From Takakia lepidozioides (taxonomy: Eukaryota > Plantae > Bryophyta), in contig CM060733.1 of NCBI GenBank assembly GCA_030704615.1, forward strand, positions 35,960,001 through 36,024,000: a DNA stretch of 64,000 bases, read 5' to 3'. Of the stretch, positions 12,480 to 21,529 are shown piece by piece (positions within the stretch are counted from its first letter, which is position 1; every line of letters begins with the position of its first letter). A program made the translations under genes and the position numbers. Below the pieces are notes generated by a model. It was given only the letters and a program-made list of their open reading frames with translations. It had not been told where the DNA came from and did not search any database.

Positions 12480-12900
12480 CCATCCAGGCCTGTAGGATGC
12501 TGACTCCTCCCAGAAAATCCAGGGTGAAGCCCATGGGGTATAACACTGCCCCACCAACAAGGAGGACATCGTAAGAGACCGCGTCTGTCACAATGGCCTT
12601 GGCTCGCATCACTGAGCCATCTACAGGATGATCCGGCTGCAGTCTAATAGCCAACTGATGCCGTGTCATGCCGCGAGCCTGCTCTGATCCTCCCAGAGAT
12701 GTCTGTATCTGGAAAGGACAAGGCTCCATATCCGCCTCCATGAGGCCCAAACCTGCAATAGCAGCTCTGCCCAACATCAGTGGCTGAGCTCCTGAGTCCA
12801 ACAAGACCCGCAGTGGCCGGTACTTCTTGCCTGCCGGTCCACTCAAAGTGAAAATGCCTCCCTGGTTGTCTAACAAGACAACTCCAGGTGTCACCATGGC
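12480..12900 (-). CDS. Retropepsin-like aspartic protease
   Basis: VLLDSGAQPLMLG active-site motif; downstream YDVLLVG resembles the D-x-x-x-G closing motif. Confidence 0.8.
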
Positions 12901-13198
12901 GCGCTCAAAGGCTGGCCTAGCTGGCAGCTCCGTCAACCTGGCAGCTGCGCTTGCGCCCCAGGCGCTGCCGTGGCAGTCTTGACCCTCAAATCCGAGGATC
13001 CCTCTGCCACTACACCTTCCACTAACTCCGCAGAAGATGAAGTGACCCTCCACTCTCACAGAGTGTTGTGCTAGTCTGAACACTGCAGCTGGTCTCCCCC
13101 GGCGTCGCAATCATGGTTGCCGAGAACAGTGGGGCTTGACACACAAGAGGTGGCTGCTCCCAATAACACACCGGCTGCACTAGCCTTGGTAGCAGGTG

Positions 13199-14853
13199 TC
13201 AGTGCTGCACGGTAGCTCTCCCCAATGGCATAGTAACCTCCGCCTCGGTAACAGTCGGGCGAGAACTAGGTGCCATGGATGGCGTTGACACTGTCTCCGC
13301 CAATGTGAATGACTGAGGAAGCCTTGCCTGACGGCTTGCCTCCCCACGCTGTGGATCCAATTCCACCTCTGCACCTCGTGGCTCAGGAACTCGTGTTGCT
13401 CCTCGAGTCACGGCTGCAGCAGACTCCACCTGCTCTAGTGGTAGTGCTGCTCCGCACATGAATCCCATGCCTCCCATATCTCCTCCATCAGGAGCAGGAG
13501 GTGGACCATCCCGCCTGGGAGCCGGTACCGCCTGAGCTATAGCCATGGCAGCGAGCCTCTGCTCTAGCTGCTGAAGCCGTTGGCCATGCCTTGGTCAAAA
13601 CCTGACCTCCGCGTCCTTGCCATGTGGAGCTTGCCCTTGGCCTGCACCTCGTGCCCGACCACCTCGTTCCTTTGGGCTGGTCCACCTCGCCCCCGGCCCA
13701 CCATTGTTCCCTGGAACTGGCCTGGGCGCAACTCAGGATGCAAGTCATAACACTGGGCATCTACATGCCCATACTTGCCACAATGCCCACACTGCAACTG
13801 TGCAGGCTGTGCTTGTGCCGGCCTTCTGCCACTCTCTGGGCAATCTCTCTTGACATGGGGTCCTCCACATGTCCAACATATCACCCCTGGTTGCTGTTGG
13901 CCTGCAAAAGATGCCACGGGCCTCTGCACCTGAGGTCCCCTGTAAGCTCCATGGAACTTGGGGCTGGGCAACCTTGCCCCCCTGACCACGCTGTTGGGCA
14001 GTCCCTTGTGCTTGTGGGCTGACAGCTGTGCCCCGTACAGGCATGTCCTTACAAATCCAATTGTAACAACTCGCTCCTCCACCATGTTGAGCTCAATCCG
14101 CTCAGCCAGACAAAACACATCTGCTAATGTGGGTTGGGCTGCTTGTAACAGGGTTGCATCTCGCACCCTTCTCTGAGCTCCTTGTCCAGAATTCCATACC
14201 AAAACTGGATTGCCTGAGCTTCAGTAACCCCTTGGGTCACACTTATCAAGCGCCTCATACGAGTGTACGCCTCTCGCAGGCTCTCACTGGGTTTGCGCTG
14301 GAAGTCTTGCAAACTTCGCAGCTTTCTCTGTCCGTACACCTTGGTAGTTCCTCCGCAACTCCTGGAAGAACTCCACCACCGGGTGGTTGAATCTAGGCAC
14401 ATGTGTTGTAGCTGTGGCAGGAGGAGTAGTAGCACCTTTTGAACTGGTACCACCTGCAGAAGTACCAGCACTACTGCTCCACTACTAGTGCTGGCAGTGT
14501 GGGAGCTATTGGTACTGATGCAGCTACTGGTCGCGTCGTGCCTCGAGTAATGGAGACGTAGTCAGGTGACCAATACATCCTCCACTCCTCAATCTCTGCT
14601 TCATGTCCTGCCTGAACTCGTGGTAATCGTCCATAGGCGGGCCTTCCAAATGCTGGAACAGTCCCTTCCACGCCATGAATGGGGTGAATAGATGTGGATT
14701 GCGCATCTGCTGCAAATCACACCAGCTGTCGAACTCCTGGATAAAGTCATCCAACTCGATTGTGCCCACAGCTCCAGAGTACCTACGAGGCCCCTTGGTA
14801 GCTCCATACATCTCCTCCATGTCGTCCCACAACAATGGCGAATGAAAGTGCAC
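13199..14853 (-). CDS. Gag-like protein with two zinc knuckles (frameshifted)
   Basis: Capsid-like YSGAVGTIELDDFIQEFDSWC and FQRKPSESLREAYTRMRRL; knuckles CWTCGGPHVKRDC and CGHCGKYGHVDAQC. Confidence 0.8.
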
Positions 14854-16899
14854 ACCTGTTGATGAAGCCTCCGAGTCTGTGTCTGACTCTACAGTAATTG
14901 AGGGTGGCGGTGTGAAGGTGGTCTGAACCGAATACCTCGTCTTGTGAACCCACTCTCACTGTTACTGCCTGTAGCCGTACTCCCCTCAAAACCCTTGGGT
15001 AACTCCGTAATGACACTCACAATGTGCACCTCCTCCACGTGACACTATAAGGCTCTAGTACTAATCTAATAGTGACACGGGTTGGCACCTGTTGCAGTCT
15101 AAGGGTCATATCCCAGTGGCTCAGGGCACCTGCACCTGCATCCACCGCAAGAACTCCTATGGTTGGCTGGTCATCAACCCAGCCTCACCATAGAAGAAAC
15201 ACTGGTGGTCTTGCTGGTCATCACTCCAGCCTCACCACCGACAGCATACTCTAGGATTGACGGTGATCAAATCCGGCCTAATCCCTATGAAAGCAAGCGC
15301 CCACACAAAACCAACATGGAGGCAGTCACAGTCAAGCATGCAGGTGTTGGGGGGGATCCAAACACAAGAAATCAAAACATCAACACCCCCACACCAAAAT
15401 AAAGCAGACAACGCTGATGACCTGGAATATCCCGCCAAAACCCCGGACTGACTGGCCTCCACAAGAGAGGCTTTGGCAACTACAAGTACAAGGTAATGAA
15501 AATAGTATACAGAGATGATGGAGGGGAAGCAAAAGAATAGAAGCCCGACCAAGCAAGATCTAATCCTGATCTATGCTATCAACTGCCAGACTTCTCTCAA
15601 AGTGCCTCGTATGCATGATGGTAAGGTGTAGGAGGTATATCTATGTCCAGGAACCCTGCCACTAACCTTGTCCCAAGCTACAGTAGCTCGCTCTAACCAA
15701 CCCTCCTCCTCTTTCTGCCAGGTAGAGACAAGCAATACTCCCCTATCTCCCGCTCACTGAACACTAAAGAAAACAAAGGTAGGGTGATAGTCTCTCAACT
15801 CGACAAAGCTTTGAGACGGTTTGCGGGTGTCCTCATTGCGAATGACTGCATCTCATTCACGCACAACAAACATGTCATTTGCTGATGAACCCGCCGTCGG
15901 TTGCCCTGTGCGAGCGGATCCGGCTTGCAAACCATGTTGATTGCACACAAACTTGTGTAGCTCCTGCTCCTCTGCATCCAGTACACCACGGCCTTGTGGA
16001 TGAACACCTGGTCCCCGGCTGTGCTGTCTTGGCTGTGTTCCAAGCCTAGCTTCCACCCACTTTGGTATTTCACCTACAGCTGCAGAACTGCTGGCTCCAA
16101 CAGAGTTTTGACTGTCCAAGCGATATGAGGCCCTCAATGCCAACTACAGCAGTCTGTGTCTATGCTAATGCCTGACTCCAAGTATTGACCAACAACTCGT
16201 CCAACTGTTCTCCACTCAAATCAGTCTGAGTTCCTTGGGAAACATAAATCCTGTCCCCTTGTGGCACAGGATAAGAGAAGAAGAGACCTGCCTTCAATTA
16301 CGTCTCATTTCCCCCCAGCCATGCAAGGAGTAACATCCACAGATTGGCTCTCTATGTAGACCAGCACAGGTTCTAGAGACAGGATTGGGATCTTTTAGGC
16401 ACACTCCACTCTAAAATTCCATAGATTTTTAGCAGAGTCCCCAAAAAACAGAAAAGGGTATAGGGGTAGGTAGATATTCCCCTTTTGCAGATATTCCCCA
16501 CAATGAGTCCCAAAGGCCTTTGCCCACAGATATGCCCCCTTTGGCTCGACCTATTACCTTCGATCACAAAGAACGGTTTTTTTTTTTTTTTATATGTGCC
16601 CCACCCCAGCACGTTGTTCTTTGTGTTAGTGCTTCCCCCTTATTTATTTACCTGTTCCCTTAGCTTGCTGATCTAAGGTGTTTCTGTTAATTTGGGGTCG
16701 CCTCGCCATTACCACGGAGCAGCTCGATTTTTGGACTCCGATCGGCTTCTCCTCCATGATGGACCGCGTTGCCGCTTCGTCATCCCTCAGCTGCATTTGT
16801 TCAGGTGTCCGTCCCACATACTGATCATTGCTGACTCTCAGGTCGTTTCCCGTAAGTTCCAGCTCGCATGGAGGGAGATTACCGGCAGCCTGCACTTCA

Positions 16900-17180
16900 A
16901 CTCGACTGCCTCCCTGATACCATGCTGTGGATCTGACCAGTACTCAATGCTTCATGCAGACACATATTGATCCGCGTAGTCGGTCGCGAACGGCAAGTCC
17001 TCTGCATCCCCTTCACTAATCGTGCACTCCTTGAGAGGTGCCTTCTCCTTTGCTTTAGCAAGCTGGTGAGGATTGATCCAGAATGCTCACATTCTTGGCA
17101 TCCACAGTTTTTTCAATCCCCAATGTGGCGAATCCCGTGCCGCCACCAACATCTACCACCACCAAGGTAGGATCATCGAG
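16900..17180 (-). pseudogene. VTE3: Captured fragment of MPBQ/MSBQ methyltransferase (VTE3/APG1), SAM-binding part
   Basis: Manual translation: LDDPTLVVVDVGGGTGFATLGIEKTVDAKNVSILDQS(fs)HQLAKAKEKAPLKECTISEGDAEDLPFATDYADQYVSA*SIEYWSDPQHGIREA. This matches plant VTE3 as I recall it. Confidence 0.9.
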
Positions 17181-17440
17181 GCAAATCTGAAGTAAGTTAG
17201 GCTGTTTTTGAATTGGGTTTCAGCGATGGCAATGGCTGCAAGGATGGGCACCATCGGCAGTGGAAGGGGTGACAGTTGTGGACAACCAACAAAGGCTTCG
17301 CTCTCGGGATATCCTGCAGGTTTGAGCTCATCATCATGCTTACATAGGTTAGCGTCGACAGGCTTGTTGCTCAGCGGGCAATTATAAGCCAAGAACTGGA
17401 GCGTGCATGTGAGCAGAAGGAGAAACGTAGCGATCTTCGA

Positions 17441-17618
17441 TTGCGGGCTGTCAGTGCAGACCAAAGCGTCTCAAGGCCTGCGTCGCAGCTGCGGTTCATC
17501 CAGCACAAGCAGGAGGCATTCTGGTTTTACAGCTTAGTGTCTGTATTGTACGACCATATCATAAACCCTGGGCATTTGGGCGGAGGACATGCAGGAGGAT
17601 ACTCTAGAACCAGCAGAT
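17441..17618 (+). pseudogene. VTE3: Captured fragment of VTE3/APG1, N-terminal part (opposite strand to the other fragment)
   Basis: SRPASQLRFIQHKQEAFWFYSLVSVLYDHIINPGH(fs)WAEDMQEDTLEPAD, the segment immediately preceding LDDP.. in VTE3. Confidence 0.9.
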
Positions 17619-18466
17619 GGACCTCCACAGGAGCAACGGTGGCCAGAGCACATAGGAGAGCTTTAGCAAGCTTGGTGGAGCTGACAAAGTCACCAACAAT
17701 TATCATTGTCTGATTCTGTAGTTGCTGCAAGGGCCTCTCGTCGTCCAGTGGCCATGGCAACGGGAAATCTAATGGCATCCATTGCTGCTGCAGATACTTA
17801 GTATCCAAGCCCTCTGTGATCACATCTGCGCATAGGGGACGATGAAGGTCAGGCTTTTGCGAACAAGAGAGCAGGGAAGAAGAAACAGCTTCAATTTCTT
17901 GCTTTATACTTAGGACCAGCCGATGGAGCTCCTGCCCATTCTAGCCTGTACATCGTCAGCATCGTTGCTGGAGGGCTCAACCCAAGCACCCAGTTGGAAT
18001 GTGCGCTCAGCTATGACGTTGGCTTCCCAGCAGCCCCTTCTCAGGAGAAGAGCCACAGTCCAGAAGCTTCGTGTGTTGATTCCCTGGATTACTGGCCTGA
18101 TAGCACTGTTTTAACCCACACCTGCGTAAGGCAAGCTCGTCGCCGATGACACTGTGAACCTGACGAACTAATGCCGCCGGATCACTTATCCAACAAGAGC
18201 GCATCTGCCTTTCGGAAGTGGAGACCCTTGATATATGCGTAAAGAACCACCGGTGCCTCCGACATAGGAAGGCCTTCGATCACATGCAAACTAGGGGCAG
18301 GCATAGGAAAACCAACGACAAGTTGATGATCAATCGCAAGGCTAGAATCTACCAGAGAAACCTGCAGCTCAAGTTTTAACCAACATAGAGCCCCCGTCTC
18401 TCTCTCTTTCAAAACAAAAACCACAAGTGCTAAAACTAAACTCACCTCTGGCACTCACAGATGCAA

Positions 18467-18483
18467 GCTCATCTTTCTCGAGT
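18467..18483 (-). other. Self-complementary primer-binding site
   Basis: GCTCATCTTTCTCGAGT (+) abuts repeat B and is the exact reverse complement of ACTCGAGAAAGATGAGC at 18660-18676 inside B. No TGG-tRNA PBS is present. Confidence 0.85.
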
Positions 18484-18826
18484 GATAAGAAAGCTAAGGA
18501 CACACACGATGCAAAGCATGAAAACCAAAACCATCACTCTTTGAAATAGTAGTCGAGCCAGGGGCACCCCAAGCTATGGGGACTCCCCCACAAAACCTAC
18601 ACTCCCATCATAAGCACTCTCAATCCTAAACGATGCAGGAGCTCGGTCGCGCAGGCTCAACTCGAGAAAGATGAGCCGCGCGACTGCCTCTCTCGTGAAG
18701 ATAAGACGGACCAGGTGTCAAACTAAACTTGACACCTGATTTAACACTTGACCTAAATCCAAGTGTTAAATACAAATAACTAGTTTTATTCTAGCTGTTT
18801 TCACACTGTGCTTATTTAACTTGACA
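18483..18826 (-). repeat. Repeat B (LTR-like, ~344 bp), 5' copy
   Basis: Near-identical to 7005-7351; TG...CA ends. Confidence 0.95.
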
Positions 18827-19750
18827 GCCCCCCTGTCAGTGTACTTTGGCTTCGCAAAAATCGCCAGGACTGGATGGTCTCCCAATTGAACTTTTTAAAG
18901 CGCTATGGCATACAATTGGGGAGGACTTCCTCCTTATGGCTAATGATATTATGGTAAAACAGATAATGCCCTCGCAGATGGCGGAAGGTCTCATTACTCT
19001 AGTCTTTAAGAAAGGAGATAGAGAAGATTTGGCCAACTACCAGCCAATCACTTTGCTAAACTCAACTTACAAGATTATCGCAAAGACCCTGGCCTTGAGG
19101 TTGCAGCCCCTCCTGCCGAAAATTATTAGGAAGGAGTAGACTAGCTTTCTCAAGGATCGGATGATCTTAGACAACATCTTGCTGGCCCACGAGGCCCTTC
19201 ACAGAGCAGAAATAAACAGCCAGCCGCTGGCCTTCTTAATGCTTGATTTTGAAAAGGCCTTTGACTCCATTGATTGGACTTTTCTGGAAGGGGCTATGGA
19301 GAAATCAGGGCTGGGAGGGCCTTTCCTGACATGGGTCCACATCCTCTTGCATGCAGCATCCAGCAAGGTCATGGTTAATGGGGTTATATCGAAGCTCTTT
19401 CGCATTTCCAGATCGGTGCGGCAGGGTTGCCCCCTGGCACCCTTCCTCTTCCTCATAGCGGCGGACTCGCTGGGTCACATGTTGCACTACAGGCAAGACA
19501 TCATTGGCCTTCACTTGCCCACGCTGACCCTGGAGATGCTGAAGCTCTCGATGTATGCAGATGACACTACACTATTGCTGGACAACTCCACAAAGGCCAA
19601 CGTTGACAAGGCACTCTAAATTCTCCACACCTTCTGCCTGGCTACAGGGCTCAAGGTCAATTGGAAAAAATCAATGGGCATTTTGTCCAAGCTGCATAAT
19701 GAAGCAATGCCTATCCACCAATGGGACCAACAACTCTCACATGTATTTGA
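18827..19750 (+). mobile_element. L1-like LINE ORF2, reverse-transcriptase part (degenerate, in-frame stops)
   Basis: KSPGLDG, NYQPITLLNSTYKIIAK, LDFEKAFDSIDW, RQGCPLAPFLF, YADD. Confidence 0.92.
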
Positions 19751-19761
19751 CCATGTCACCA

Positions 19762-19950
19762 CTAGTGTTGTGCGGGTAAATCATTTACCCAGACTGCAGG
19801 TAAATCAGAAAAATATTAATGATTTATCCGAATATATCATTTTTATTTACCCTTACCCTTATGAATAATACATTATTTCTATATACCCTTTATCCACGGA
19901 TAAATTATTATTATGTGAGGGTAAATAAGAAAAGGATAAATAGAAACAAG
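19762..19950. mobile_element. MITE-like GGGTAA-rich element, related to 5476-5760
   Basis: Shares the start AGTGTTGTGnGGGTAAAT and GGGTAA/TTACCC motifs. Confidence 0.4.
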
Positions 19951-20509
19951 GTAGAAGGTCTTCCTCCTCTTGAGCCTAGACTCCTTATATCCGCCTTAAT
20001 TTTAGCATCCTTCGCAAGTGTGTCCTTAGTAAGCTTCCCAAGGTCCCTCTTACAACCTCCAATGCAGGGTACCAGTGTCCCGCGTTGATAGAGAGGAGAT
20101 TATTAGTCTTAGATATTGAAATTATATATTACAAATTGCATGATCCTAATTCGCTTATTTAGTTACCTTTGGTCTCCTGACTCCATTTACATTTTTTTTT
20201 TTCTTGCGCCTTATATTCTTCACTGGGGCCTAAGTTGTCCCTTTCTTCATTCTAGCAATGACCGAAGGTCGGAAGCTAGTTTAGCGTAGAGCAGGTATAG
20301 GGTGCCATAGTGTCATCGTCGCCACATCATCGTAGCCAGGTCATCGTCGTCGTCAATTTCTTTGGAATCTGCCCGGAGGGCCCGCGCGAAATAGGCCAAT
20401 AGAAATCGTCGCGCCAACGTCTTTGGAACTGCCCGCAATGCCCGGATCTTGATCTTCTTGAACTGCAGGAGCTCTGCGTTTTCCGCCCATCGTTCACCTT
20501 GCAAGCAAC

Positions 20510-21110
20510 ACCACATCTTGTTCAGCCATTTGAAAACTCCCTTCGCATCCTTCATGCACCCACATTTGGCATACATGTCCACCAGGGCAGTGTTCAGGAT
20601 GACATCTGGTACAAATCCATTTTTGACGATGTCACCATGGACCTCTTCCCCCTTTTCCAGAGCTCCTAGGCTTGCACATGCATTGCAAACACAAACAAAT
20701 GTGCTGCGGTTGGGCTTCACCCCTTCGCACATCAATTGCTCATAGGTCTCCAAAGCCTCCATCCCGCATCCTTGCTGTGCATATCCTCCAATCATCGCAC
20801 TCCACGACACCACACATCTCATTCAGCTATACTGTTGAACACTCCCTTTGCATCCTCGATGCACTCACATTTGACATACATGTCCAGCAGGGCAGTGTTC
20901 AGAATGACATCGGGTATAATTCCAGATTTGACGATGTCACCATGGACCTCTTTGCACCTTTCCAAGGCTGCCAGGCTTGCACACGCATGTCCACGAGGGT
21001 ATTGTTCAGAATGACACTTGGTACAATTGCAGCTCTGACAATGTCGCCATGGACCTCTTTCGCCCTTTTCCTGAGCTGCCAGGCTTGCACACGCATCGCA
21101 AATGCACACA
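20510..21110 (-). pseudogene. PLS-class PPR repeats, inverted copy
   Basis: [74 protein letters not shown]. Stops and deletions present. Confidence 0.88.
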
Positions 21111-21142
21111 ATCTCAACAAGTCAATTGTGGTCGTAAGATAC

Positions 21143-21241
21143 CTTTTTCCAGTCTCTACCATATTTCCGAAATGCTTGATAGAAGAGCTCCGGGTCCTCT
21201 TTGCTCCAGGGAGGTCCAAGTATGTTCGACAATTTGCGCTT
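21143..21241 (-). pseudogene. Orphan exon of an ALWAYS EARLY/LIN-9-like gene (N-terminal SANT/Myb domain)
   Basis: AG/GT-bounded 99-nt exon encoding [33 protein letters not shown], which matches the ALY-type KRKLSD.LGP.WS.EEL..FY..YRK.G..WKK motif. Confidence 0.75.
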
Positions 21242-21529
21242 CTGATCACCAGCCCGCCCACTCACCTCAGTCCCATAACCGCATTCAAGCAGCATCCAAA
21301 ATTGGATTTCACTCTTGCTCACGCTGGGTGTGCTACCCATCTGCCCAGTCCCAATGGCACCATTGCTCCTGGATATGGAATTTCGTCGGGATCCAACAAC
21401 CTGCAACCTGACATCACCAAAATCAGGCAAATTGTTCAATTGAATGCCTTTGATGAGGATGGATCTATAGGCAAAAATAGAAAGAGAGCTCAATTTGCTG
21501 GGACAGAAAGTGATATTCCTTGAACGCGA

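Larger units (their letters stand above)
6918..18826 (-). mobile_element. Ty3/Gypsy-type retrotransposon encoding Gag-PR-C5 DNA methyltransferase-RT-RNaseH-IN-PHD, with split direct repeats
   Basis: Ends TGTC...GACA, flanked by GCCC (6914-6917 and 18827-18830). Removing it restores the LINE reading L-A-A-P-L-S-V. Domain order PR-RT-RH-IN is Gypsy-type. Confidence 0.93.

Noticed and set aside
8398-14390. Numerous plus-strand ORFs opposite the Gypsy polyprotein
   Set aside because: Antisense shadows of a GC-rich coding region, with no recognisable motifs.
6918-18826. Classifying the split-repeat element as DIRS/Ngaro
   Set aside because: No tyrosine-recombinase ORF is seen. It has protease, an HHCC/DDE integrase and a TSD, and its methyltransferase is C5-type, not the DIRS Dam-like domain.
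20259-20280. Possible Helitron 3' end (short hairpin plus CTAG)
   Set aside because: The stem is only about 4 bp and no 5' TC boundary can be supported.
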